From Basidiobolus meristosporus CBS 931.73 (Eukaryota > Fungi > Basidiobolomycota): DNA of 64,000 nt. The DNA lies in assembly GCA_002104905.1 (NCBI GenBank), contig MCFE01000016.1, positions 124,001 through 188,000 on the forward strand. Direction: 5' to 3'. Shown piece after piece: positions 51,866 through 64,000 of the stretch. Position 1 is the stretch's first letter; each line of letters begins with the position of its first letter. The notes under the pieces are model-generated. The model did no database searches, was not told where the DNA came from, and saw only the letters and a program-made list of their open reading frames with translations. Position numbers and translations under genes: made by a program.

Positions 51866-54800
51866 TGTAGTGGGGTCACAGTGGCACCCAGTGACAGATG
51901 TGCTCATTCCTATGTTTTCTACTTCCCTATATCTCTACTACACTAATATTACTTTTATCCTATTTGTCTTACCCAATCAGTACTATCCCTTAAGCCAGTT
52001 GACTATCACACCTGCTTACCTTATTACATAAGTTATCCCTCACTTTATTTAAGATTACTAGCTGTAAGTGCCTCTATGTTAGGCAAGTGCCCACGCCAGT
52101 ACCCATGACACATGATCAACCCATGTCACCATCCCTACCATTTTCATACTATATATGGTATCCCTATGTGACACAAGTTTCATAATACTGATTCCTGATT
52201 GGTTGGATGTGCTGTGGCTCTTAGAACCTTCCGGCACCTACTTAGAATACTCTTAGCTCATTCTGATATCATTAAGATTTCTATTGATCTCCAGAACCTT
52301 CTGGAACACCATGATTAGTAATCACTTAGCCAGTGAGATAAGTATATAAGGGAGGCTATCCCTCAACAATAAATCATCATCCCTTTTATCAATATACCAA
52401 CTTGTTGATTAGTGTGATCACTGCTACCTGCTGCTACCTGAAATTCCAACCCCAAACCACAGGACACTCCCTGGAAACCATGCTGACAGCCAACTGACCT
52501 TGGAGGCACTACTTGTGAGGAATACTCAGAGTAGGTAACTTTTATTATATTTGATTCCTTCCCAAGTTTGTACTTGTACAGGCAAAGATAGTTTTCTGTC
52601 TTTGTAACTATGGACCACAGCTGCATTCTTATTAAGTCCCTGCTGGTGGAGTTTACAGTTGTATTGACTTTGGAAGCTTTAGTACATTGTCATCTCAAAG
52701 GACACTGAACCCAGCACATACTTCTGTTAAGACACCAACTAAGTTGGGGATTGTAGCTCAATAGTTTTCCCTTGACAAGCTTGTGGCTTTATTCCTCATC
52801 ACATTAGATTAGAGACAGAACTCAAGTATTTCTAGCAAGCTTTGCCAGAGGTTATTGCACCCAGTGAACACCTCACACACAAAACACTTGAGGAGTGTTG
52901 AATGTATCTCTCCCTTGGACTTATTCACCACCACATATTTGGCACCCAACATGGGGGGTTCATACAAGCTCCTTAGGACAAACAAGATTTGCCTGAAGAT
53001 TTGAGCCATTAGCCACTTAATGTAAAGAGGCTACCAATATTTTCAAGATTACAACACCAACCTACCTACCCAAAATGAACTCTATGCCATTATCACTTGC
53101 ACATGGAGCCCCATAGCGTGATGGAAAGAATGTGGAAAGCTTCATATTCAATAGGGAGAAGCTCTGCAAGATGTGCAGTCTATCTGAACAAGAAATAGTT
53201 GAAGACTTCCCCTACTACTACACTGACTATATTACCACTAAGTTTCTCAGACAACAAGACATTCTCACTGACTGGCCCTTAATGAAGACCTACCTACAGA
53301 CTAAGTATGGTAGACCCCAGAAATACTATGGAATTGAAGACCTCAGACACTTTGGAAGGACTGGACTTTCCAAGCTACCACTTGAAGAGTTCATTCAACA
53401 ATATGAAAGTATGGCCAAGCCATTCCTAGAGTCCCAGGCCATAACTGAGTTTACCATGACACTTTACCTTGCACAAGGGCTTCCCCAGCACTTGGCAAGG
53501 AAAGTTGACTTACAGGCAGCCAAGGATGACAAGCCTGGCATTCCTTGCTTTGCAGAGATGAAACATGTTCTCCTAGAGGCAAAGCAAACTTTAACCTTTA
53601 TGAGACTCCTGACATCCAATCTACCAGATCAGTCAACCAAGGAGCCAAGGATTGCTGTTGCTGACAATCAGACTTACACTACCAACAGAATTGACCAACC
53701 TGCTGAACTGCTACAAAAACTAGCCCTCAAGATTAATGGCTCAGCTGAGGTAGCTGTGGAGAGCCCAAGACCTTTGCCCAGACACTGCATCTGGTGTGAC
53801 TCTTCTCAGCATGCAAGAAGAGAATGCTCAGAGCTTAGTCAGCTACTTAGAGAAGGAGTGGTGCTGTTTGATGCTGATGGAATGCTTGCTGACAAGGAAG
53901 GAAGAAGGATTCCCACTAATTTCCAAAGAGGAGGGATAAGAGCCCTTTTCCAGAAATCTGTCTCAGCAACCAGAAAGATTACTGTTTATGCCCCAATTGG
54001 GACTCATACAGTGAATCCAAGCAGCCCTGACAACAGACAATACAAAGTTGATGCCCTTGCTACCAAAAGACACCTCCCTGAAGAACCTGGCAAACCCATC
54101 CTTAGAAGACCACAATTTGAAGAACCTGAAGTTGTCATTGACAAGAGGCCTAGCATGCTGCTCATCCAAGATCCATTACCTCACTTTTGGATGACCTCAA
54201 AGATAGCAAGCTACTCAAGCCCTCAGCTGATTACTGAAAAGCTGCTGAAACAGAACCTCACATTGTCAGTTGGAGAAATCATGAGTGCATCACCATCTGT
54301 TAGGAAGACCTTTGATGAGCAGCTTTGAACAAGAAAACAAGCTGTTGAACATATGTACACCCATATAATTCAGACAAACCATGAAGACCACCAGATGGAT
54401 GACAACACTACTGAGTATAAGACCTTTTACTCAGTTGCAACTGCTGTGGCAAAAGGTTATATATATGATGACCCTGTTCACTTTCATATTGATAGTGGTT
54501 CAGAGATTTGTGTTATGCTGCTAGACTTCTGGAAGACACTTAGAAGCAAGGAGCTACTGCCTATTGATAGAGATATTGGATGGAACATGACTGATGCAAA
54601 CTCAGGATCTAGTCCACTCTATGGTGTAGTGCACAAGTTCCCTATTGAGGTACAAGGAATCAAGGTCTGGCTTCCCCTCTTCATCTGCTAGAAGGCAAAC
54701 TTTGACCTTCTGCTAGGTAGACCATGGAAGCCAGTACTAAGGCTACAGCTACCAACTATTCCTATGGGTCAGTATGGTACACCATACAAGGATCCAACCC

Positions 54801-57800
54801 AGGACTGCAGTCAACCTTCTGTGGTGTTACACCTAACAATAAGTGGACACATACTGCTTGTCAGAAGACACATCTTGTTATAGAAGAAGATGAGGAGCCT
54901 GGCAATATACACCCCAACATTTGGTGCGGCTCATTATGCATACAGGAGCAGATGGCTATGGTTCAAACAAAATACAAGACAGTAGAGCAGAAGATTAGAC
55001 CATCACTTACACCTTTGACTGATGGATCTTGACCTGCTGATTACATCAGACCACCAGAAGAAACACCAGAAGATATACAACTTACACCTGAGAGACTCAA
55101 GCAACTTATCATTGGTCATGGAAACCTAACACCAGAGGAGATCTTATTATTTGAAGAAACTATGAAAAGGCATGATAAGGTTTTCTCATATAATGACAAG
55201 GAGTTGGGGCACTTAAACACATTGGTTGAAAAACCCATCAAGATTCTTACAGTGCCGCACACACCCTGGTCATTTAAGCCTTACCCACTGCCCCAAGGAC
55301 TCCAAGCTGATGTGCTTGACCTACTTAAGTAGATGATTGAAGCTGGTATCCTAGAACCTTGCCATGGACCTTATGCTTACAAATGGTTTGTGACCAAAAA
55401 GAAGAATGGAAAGCTCGGATTCATTCAGGACATGCAACCTGAAAAAGCAGTCACTATCAGAGATGCTGCTATACCTCCATCTATTGATGACTTTGCAGAA
55501 AGCTTTAGTGGCCACTCTATCTACTCAACATACAACCTCTGCTCAGGATATGACCAGAGCCCCCTTGATGAGACATCAAGAGATATGATTGCACTCCAGA
55601 CACCATTTGGGCTGCTAAGGATGACAAGACTCAGCCAAGGGGCTACAAACTCCATGGCTCAGTTCCAGAGATGCATTGTGAATGTGCTGTACCAGTTTAT
55701 ACCTGAGAAATGTTCTGTCTTTGGTGATGACATAGGCATCAAAGGGCCAAAATTCCAGGACACCACTGAAGTTATACCTGGAGTAAGAAAGTTTGTCTAT
55801 GACCATATTTCAGACAATGATGCCATATTACAAGTCATTGAAGAAGCTGGACACACCATCAGTGGTGAGAAAAGCAGCTTTGATGTATCAGAGATATCCA
55901 TTGTTGGACAAAAATGCAACACCTTTGGTTGTTCACCTGGAGACTCCAAGACACAAAAGATATGCAACTGGCCTACTACCACAAATCTAACACAAGCTTG
56001 TGGCTTTGTGGCAGTTTGTGGGTTCTTTAGGATCTGGATCCCAAGATTTTCTGAGATAACAGAACCAATCTACTGACTACAGAAAAAGAATGCCCCATTT
56101 ATCTGGGGAGAAGAGCAAAAAGAAGCCATACAATTATTAAAAGAGGCCTTAGTATCTCCACAGGTTCTAAGACCTCTTGACTATCAGAACACTCAGTGCC
56201 CACCTAACTTGACAGTGGATGCAAGCCCTATAGGGGCTGGAGCACTACTTGGCCAAGATAATGAAGATGGCAACTGCTATGCCTGCAGATATGAGAGCTG
56301 CCTATTCTCTCCCAGAGAACAAAGATACTCACAGATTAAGAGAGAGCTACTAGAAGTTGTGAAGATGCTGAGGAAGCTGAAGTCACAACTCTACATGACA
56401 CATTTGATCCTGAAGACAGATGCCAAGCCACTTATAGGAATGATCAACAAGCCTGACCTACCTGATGATGCTACAAAGCAATGGATGGCATGGCTGAAAA
56501 TGTTTGACTTTGAGGTCAGACATATCCCTGGCAAGACAAATGTTGTGGCTGGTGCACTCTCCAGGAAGGGACCACAATCATTTGAAGATTTGAATCCTGA
56601 CTTTGATGATATGATTGATGCAGAGATCCAACAGATTGCCATCAAAGACCAAGAGGGAACTACCTGGAGCCTGATCAAGGAATATCTAAGGACACTCAAG
56701 AAACCTAGTTGAATGGAAATTCAGGAGTTTAGGAAACTCTGAAAGAAGGCACATCACTACTATCTCAAAGATGATCTTCTCTTTAATCGAGTGAAGCCTT
56801 GACTTATGCCAAGAAGAGTAGTCACTACTCCAGAACAGCAATTGAACATCATGACAAGTATCCACCAAGGAGAACCAGGAGGACATAGAGGACAAGCAGC
56901 CACCTACAATACTACAGCTCAGAGGTACTGCTGGGAAAACATGTACTGTGATATCTGACACTTTGTTGAGTCATGTAGAGCCTGCCAGAAGAGATCCTCT
57001 AAGCATTATGAAGAACCACTGCATCCTACTTACACAATCTGTCTATGGCAAAAAGTTGGTATTGACCTTGTCCACATTCCAACAGCTGGATTAAAAAAGT
57101 ACCTGATTGTTGCTAGATATGACCTTAGTGGATGGGCAGAGGCTTGAGCCTTGCCCAACAACAAGAGCCGTACCATATGGAGATTTATACTAGAAGACAT
57201 TATCTGCAGATTTGGCTGCATCCAGCAGTTTGTTGCTGACAGAGGAGAGATGACATCCTAAATGACTTAGGAGTTATGCTCAAGGTACAAAATACACATT
57301 GCTTTTACTACAGCATACCACCCTCAAGCCAATGGAATGATAGAGAGAGGACATGGACCATTGGTGAACTCTCTTGTCAAGACCTGTGAGAATAACACAA
57401 CACTGTGGCCACAGCAATTACATCTTGCACTCTGGGCAGATAGAATTACTACCAAGAGAACAACTGGATTATTGTCATTCAAGCTACTCTATGGACATGA
57501 CTGCATACTACCGGTTGAGTTAAACACAGTCACTTGGAACTCATTGAACTGGAGATCCAATATGCAGACTGAAGACCTCCTTGCAACTTGCATACAGCAA
57601 CTTGATCACCATGACTTGAATATCAACAGAGCTACTGTACAACTTAAGGATACACAACTGAAGAACAAAGTGCCCTTTCACAAGTCACACTGAACAAGAC
57701 CAAACCACTATCACTAGGAGACCCAGTATTACTCTATGACTCCACCTTGGATAAACAATGGAGTTGGAAGTTTGACCACAAATGGATGGGCCCCTACCTC

Positions 57801-58749
57801 ATTTCCAAGGTGATTGGAAATGCAAGCTACTACATATCTGAGCTTGATAACACCCAGTTGAGAGCACCAGTTGCAGGAAACCAACTCAAGTTATTCAAGC
57901 ATAGGAACTTTGCACATGAAGATTAGTTTGCTTTGACCCAAGCTCAAAGCTGAGAGGGGGGTGGATGTAGTGGGGTCACAGTGACACCCACTGACAGATG
58001 TGCTCATTCCTATATTTTCTACTTCCCTATATCTCTACTACACTTATATTACTTTTATCCTATTTGTCTTACCCAATCAGTACTATCCCTTAAGCCAGTT
58101 GACTATCACACCTGCTTACCTTATTGCATAAGTTATCCCTCACTTTATGTAAGATTACTAGCTGTAAGTGCTTCTATGTTAGGCAAGTACCTGTGCCAGT
58201 ACCCATGACACATGATCAACCCATGTCACCATCCCTACCATTTTCATACTATATATGGTATCCCTATGTGACCCAAGTTTCATAATACTGATTCCTGATT
58301 GGTTGGATGTGCTGTGGCTCTTAGAACCTTCCGGCACCTACTTAGAATACTCTTAGCTCATTCTGATGTCATTAAGATTTCTATTGATCTCCAGAACCTT
58401 CTGGAACACCATGATTAGTAATCACTTGGCCAGTGAGAAAAGTATATAAGGGAGGCTATCCCTCAACAATAAATCATCATCCCTTTGATCAGTATACCAA
58501 CTTGTTGATTAGTGTGATCACTGCTACCTGCTGCAACCTGAACTTCCAACCCCAGACCACAGGACACTCCCAGGAAACCACACTGACTGCCAACTGACCT
58601 TGGAGGCACTACTTGTGAGCAATACTCAGAATAGGTATCTTTTATAATGTTCGATTCTTTCCCAAGTTTGTACTTGTAAAGGCAAAGATAGTTTTCTGTC
58701 TTTGTAACTATGGACCACAGCTGCATTCTTATCAAGTCCCTGCTGGTGG
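51866..58749 (+). mobile_element. Ty3/gypsy element G1 (fungal DUF4100-like type): 5' LTR 51866-52935, gag-pol ~53132-57920, truncated 3' LTR 57966-58749
   Basis: PBS TGGCACCCAACATGGGG (~52940-52956), CIWCDSSQHARREC knuckle, protease IDSGSE, RT QGATNS..FGDD, RNase H DAS..TDAKPL, integrase HRG..SCRAC, GIDLV..YHPQANG, and PPT GAGAGGGGGTGGA. LTRs ~96% identical. One frameshift near 54720. Confidence 0.95.
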
Positions 58750-60404
58750 AGCTTCTCAACAATATCCCTACACTGATGACCAAGTTAGACATGAGGCATT
58801 TCAAACTTAATGAGCCCTTTGAGATACCAGAGAAATTTGAAAGAATTGGCAAGATATCTGAGAGTATCCGCTATCCTCAGTACTTCTCATGGGCTCCAAT
58901 CAATATTTGTACACATATGCAACAATACAAGTGCAAGGACTGGATGAGCTGGATATATATTTATTCAAGTGGCCTTCTGAGGCCATTTCTACCAAGAGTG
59001 CATTGGAAGAATTGGGAGTCATATGTGGACATTGTAGGAATATTTATCCAGAAGCAGATCACCAATGCCAACTTGACACATTTACAGCTTTTGTGCAAAG
59101 AGTGTGTGATGGGATTTGAGCAGCTATACTACAAACATAAAGATGAACACATAGATCTCTGCTGCTACTGTATCCATTCTTCACTCCATCTTGCTTGGTG
59201 TGTGGAGAATATTAGGCCTTGCTTCACCTTTGTGGAGTTTCCTATGGAGCAGATGTGTGGGGAGATAGGACAACAAGTCAAGCTGCAGGTACTACCATAT
59301 ACCAACCTCATCAAGAATATTACCTTCAGGTCTGTCATGGATGTGATGAGTTGGCACATGAAGGACAGCCAGAAAGAGATGGAAAATACTGAGGACAGAT
59401 GTGCACTTGGAGACACCTATGCCTATGGCATTAAGAAGCTAAGCAGCCCCAATGCATGGGTAACCAGTAAAGTAATGCAGAGTTGGGTTGCATGTAACAG
59501 GCAATTAATTTTTATTAGGAAAACTTTACCAAGGTATGCCAGATTTCTCTTGGTCACAAGCCAATTTTACACCATTCACTACAATATTCACACAAACAAG
59601 AGCCAGAATGCACCTGTAAGGGGGACTAGAATCCAGCAGGGATAAGAAATATATTGGCTGAATACCAAAAAGTTCTTTGCAGATATTCAGGAGGTATTCA
59701 TGGCAGAAGTGGTGGCAACCAAGCATATGTTTGCAAGATGTATATGTTGCCAGCAATAAAAGTATATGGCAGCTTTGCAAGCATCACACCAAAAAGCTGT
59801 AAAGTTGAGGTGATAGAAGTATGTCAATTGCCGCAGGTGTGCATGTTTGTAGAGGTTACTAAGCAGGAGGCCACAGTAATTTTTTGATTCAAACTATACA
59901 TGTAATACTCAAGGTAGTAGTGGGTAAGCAAGTAAAGAGGGGTGATTCTATGGTGGAATATATGAATTGTGCAAGGGGAGGTAGAAAAAGCTAATACCAT
60001 TTGGTGAATTGGTACAGTAGTATTATACAGAACCAGCTATAGGCCACCATACTGCTGTTATAATGCAAACAGATGCATGCAAAGAGGCTGGTAAAGCACT
60101 GTCAAGTTTTTTGTTGTATAAGGCAATTGGATTTACTGGCCAGTTAGTTCCACTCAAGTAGTTGTAGAGCGCATTAAGACTGTAACAATGCCATGCCACC
60201 CTTTGTAAAACACTGTACAAACACTGTTATATCTTATCAACTTTGTTTGGCTATATAATTAGCAAAACATTGTTGTGATCCCATTGCAAGATTGTGTAGA
60301 TGGTCATTAATTCCAAGCTGCTGGTATTATAGTGGTCTGCTGATGGGATCTTGACAGCTGATCTACATTAGATCCACCTGTGAGACCAAATATTTTTTGT
60401 TGGG
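58750..60404 (+). mobile_element. CACTA 3' half with right end, fused to the truncated gypsy 3' LTR
   Basis: ORF 58710-59645 carries the DUF4218-like region. End ..CCAAATATTTTTTGTTGGG at 60404. Confidence 0.85.
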
Positions 60405-61291
60405 AAAGGAACTGCTAATATCTAATTAAGGTATATCTATAAGGATTTGGAACCAGATCTTTTGGGATACTCTGATGCTCATTGGGAACAAAATTTAGCA
60501 GACAGAAGATCCACAGCAGGATACACCATTCTCTACTGTACAGGAGCAATTTCATGGACTTCAAGAATACAACCAAATGTAGCACTTTCCACCACAGACG
60601 CAGAATGTATGGCAGCCTGTGATGCTACAAAAGAAGCAATGTGGTGAAGAAGGCTCTTTAATGACTTAGTCTTATGTCAAAAGCACCTATTACTTTATAT
60701 CAAGATAATCAAGGATGTATACAATTAGGTAGAAATCTAACTTTTCAGGCTAGAACTAAGCACATAGATATTGGATACCATTTCATACATAAAGCTATAG
60801 CAAATAATTTAGTTAACTTTGCTTAGTGTCCAACAGATGAAATGATTGCAGACATATTTACCATACCATTAGCTAGAGACAAATTTGAGTACCATAGGTC
60901 ACAATTAGGACTAGTCAGTAAGAACATTTATTTGAGTGGGAGTGTTGTACAAGTTTGCAAATCTACTTAAATACTCACCTGACTTAGTCACTTAGATCAT
61001 TACCTACAAGTCTTAAAGAATACTGGCCAAATTCCTTATTGGGATTTACTTGGAATATTTTCACCAAGACATCAGGTACCTAGAACATGAAAATTAGATG
61101 GGTTGTCCAAACAGCCACATACTTTGCATGCACATTGTCAGGACCTTCCTAAGCATATTAGAAGTGTTTGCTTTGCCAAGGCCATGTTAATGTCTAAAAA
61201 CTACTCTTACGTTTGACAAGGCATTAAGTGAAAGCCACATAATCAACTTGCTGTCCCAATCACTTCCAATATCTCAAAGACTCTTACAACA
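60405..61291 (+). mobile_element. Copia family A RNase H remnant, PPT and 3' LTR (60943-61291)
   Basis: LLGYSDAHW..RRSTAGY..ISWTS..VALST..ATKEAMW, then GAGTGGGAG followed by TGTTGTAC..TTACAACA. Confidence 0.92.
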
Positions 61292-61389
61292 CAGACTTGG
61301 TAGCCAGCTTCATCCAGCTTTTCAGTGGGGAATATAGTCCATTAGTAGCTGTAGCAAACATTTCAGAGAATGAGAACTTGGGGCACACA

Positions 61390-62120
61390 ACCTCTTGTAA
61401 GAGTATTCTACATGTTGTTAATGATTAGTAGAACAAGCAGATTTTATGGTAGGCACTTGATAAAATCTTGAATGTAAAGTAGCATATATACTTTTGAATA
61501 ATCTTGGCAAAATAAGTGTGTGAAAGAGCTAAGGAAGGTCTCCAGAGTATGTGTGCAGAGGTTGGGGCTGCTTCAGTTGCTTTGAGATTATTCATGTACT
61601 AAGTGCTTGATGTTTGGGTGAAGTATTACAAATGAATCCTAACAGGGAAGTTGGGCAGCATTCTATAATGCTTGTAGACTATCAACTAGGATACTGAGTT
61701 AGATGAACATCTAGGTGCAATTACAGAACTCACAACAGTTGGATCCATCCAGCTTTTCAGCAGAGGGAAATACCAGGTATGGTAGTAGTCAGCACTAGAG
61801 GGCATAACAGCCATGGGCTGATTACATGTTATAATAGTTTTGCAGAAACTAGAATTATGTGGGGGAGTAAGTAGATTGTACAAATTAGTAAGAACAAACA
61901 CCTAAAGTGTTTTGAGTAAGGTCTTGACAGTATGTGTGCAGATTTTGGGACTGTTTGAACAGCTTTGGGATTCTTCATGTCTTGGGTACCTGATATTTTG
62001 GTGGAATATTCTAATGAAGTCCTGAGTGGGAATGAAACCAGAGTTTTCTAAGATCTATGGACTATAATTTAGGTGGCCAAGTCAAGTCAGTACTGAGGTG
62101 AAATACTCAAATTCACAACC
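61390..62120 (-). mobile_element. Two older, diverged copia family A-like LTR remnants
   Basis: TTGTAAGAGT.. start and GTATGTGTGCAG..TTGGGGCTG and ..CACAAC blocks shared with family A LTRs. Confidence 0.55.
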
Positions 62121-63699
62121 AGCCATAAATACCTGCTCTCCCTGTCACTTCCAGTATCTCCAGACTGCAAATGCAAAGATGTCCAAGTAATATTATATAT
62201 CATCGATCACTATTTATCTTGGCAGATATAATTGCTCAATTGGGTGAAAGTAGCACAGATGCCAAGTTATATCAGCTTGGACACTTGGAACTCTGTTTTT
62301 TAGATTTGTTTATTTCCTGTCCTAGGCCTTGGCTGGACACATGAGCTTTTTCACCCAAATACCAGGTGTCCAGATCATCAAAAATCACAAAGCTGCCAAA
62401 ATATTCCAAGCTTTCTGCATATGCATTTGAAATGATGCTGAGCATACTCTACATATTCCTACAGTATTGTAGAAGTATGAATACTGCTCTGATGTTTGAT
62501 AGATTGTCAAGTAAAGATCACTTATGTGATTGTGGAACCTGCTAAAGATTATCTTGCATTACTTTGCCAGGACCTTTTGGAACATTTATCAGGTAGTATT
62601 AATGTAGGTATATATCAATATGATTGAAAACCTACCATTGTCTTGAAGTATTACTCAAGCCTGGCCCATAGAATCCGGTATTGATTCAGAGTCATTGAGC
62701 TAGTACATCCTTTCCCAGCTGTGACAATTTACAGAATCCACATTTGGTGGCCTCATCGATGTAGCCAAACCATTTTGGAGGTTTGTTTCCCTCTTACAAC
62801 AAACAGGCCATGTAGTATCTGGATCAATTCCAAGCACCCAAATCAAATCACTAGGCACATCCTGTGCGCACATGTAATGATGCCATCCGCGGAGTTTGTT
62901 ACTCGGCATCCACCGCAGCTGCATCTGAATGCTCTGCATCTCAGTAGGAGAGGTGAGCACGCCACACAGAACTTGCGTACCGAATCGAAGCGAAACGGCG
63001 CGGTGAGCTAAATACCACCAGATTACAGCATTCCTACCTCAAGAAATACTTCCTCCCGAATTAATGTAAACTTCCCGAGTCATCATTATCCCAACCGATG
63101 TGTAGATCCCAGGAGACCAAGTGGGTTCGGAGCATCAACCCAACAAATACTCCTGCGCATCAGACCTTCATGATCTTACACCGAAAGCTGCATGTGACGC
63201 TCCGTTGGAACAGCACAGCAAATAGTGACGAGGAACCATGAGTCCCCGAGGATAAAAATAGCCACCCCAGAAATACACCGGTGCCCATAACAAGTACATT
63301 GTTCAAATGATTGTGTAGGACGAGTTCCCGAATGGAAGCGAGAGTGTCAACAAAAGGGCTCATTGGTGGAGGTCTGGGGATTGAAAAAAGTGGGATTCCA
63401 TCCAGTTGTTTGTCGTCGTACAACACACCTCGACCAACATCGTAAATTTACGCGTCCGATGAAACGGATGGGACACCGCCCATCCGAACGAGAATCAGTC
63501 CAAGAGGGAATCTATTATTATCGGGTCCCATATATGGACGAATCATCGTACAATCATCCGTGTTGGAGATACGACGTCACACGAACGGAGAGGCTTGTAG
63601 CTGGTTCGCTACCAGATCGTCCTTGCCCATATTTAAGGTGGCCACAGGTTGGGGTCTGGAAGCAGCAGCATCTCCATCCCTGTGTACGTCTTTGCTAAC

Positions 63700-64000
63700 A
63701 TGGTGAATACGAAAACCCCGCGTCGAATGAGAAACATCATTATTGGCTTGGTGGTAGTGATTGTACTTGCAGTGGTAGGCGGAGTGATAGGGTACCTGGT
63801 GACCAGGAATAAGAAAACCTCTCATAATGGCATCACTATTGACCCTAACCTACACCAATCGTTTTGGGGGATCAACTATACCCCTTTGAAGTCCCAATAC
63901 CCAGGCTGTGGTAGCAAGCAGCAGGATATCACCGACGACATCAAGGTTCTATCCCAGCTTACTTCCAGACTACGGCTGTATGGAATGGACTGCAACCAGG
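63700..64000 (+). CDS. Glycoside hydrolase family 17 beta-1,3-glucanase/glucanosyltransferase, BtgC-like with type II membrane anchor (5' partial, runs off window; not in the ORF track)
   Basis: MVNTKTPRRMRNIIIGLVVVIVLAVVGGVIGYLVT..DPNLHQSFWGINYTP..QYPGC..DIKVLSQLTSRLRLYGMDCNQ matches the GH17 start motif. TATA-like ATATTTAA at ~63629. Confidence 0.88.
   Translation, partial: MVNTKTPRRMRNIIIGLVVVIVLAVVGGVIGYLVTRNKKTSHNGITIDPNLHQSFWGINYTPLKSQYPGCGSKQQDITDDIKVLSQLTSRLRLYGMDCNQ

Noticed and set aside
9300-62650. Numerous 60-180 aa ORFs in the TE block as host genes
   Set aside because: They are fragments or antisense frames of CACTA, copia, gypsy or LTR sequence, repeated among copies.
63363-63698. 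111-aa plus-strand ORF as an upstream exon of the GH17 gene via GTACGT at 63684
   Set aside because: Donor (phase 0) and the nearest acceptor (phase 2) are incompatible. ATG 63700 with an upstream TATA-like box explains the gene.

Overview
Eukaryotic, almost certainly fungal DNA (spliceosomal intron with a TACTAAC branch point, fungal PRS5, GH17 and Git3/CAR-like GPCR genes). An early-diverging, TE-inflated genome such as an entomophthoralean is my inference, not something shown. The window has three parts. (1) A CpG-normal gene island at about 1-8.6 kb. It holds two head-to-head, protein-identical, intronless 7-TM receptor genes forming a ~3.4 kb inverted repeat (arms 1232-2717 and 3177-4659), a PRS5-type PRPP synthetase with one 55-nt intron, and a 74-aa secreted protein. 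(2) A ~53 kb nested transposon graveyard at about 9.3-62.6 kb, almost devoid of CpG. It contains several copies of a CACTA/En-Spm-type DNA transposon (one complete, with CCCTAT..ATAGGG ends and a TTG TSD, inserted in an older copy of itself), Ty1/copia elements with Ty5-type half-tRNA primer sites, Ty3/gypsy elements, solo LTRs, and a TA-targeting foldback MITE family. (3) A second gene island from ~62.7 kb with the 5' end of a membrane-anchored GH17 glucanase. The most notable items are the palindromic GPCR pair, the CpG-specific mutational decay that spares it, the foldback MITE with 10-bp-phased repeats, and the divergent two-ORF CACTA family. All coordinates and counts were made by hand.
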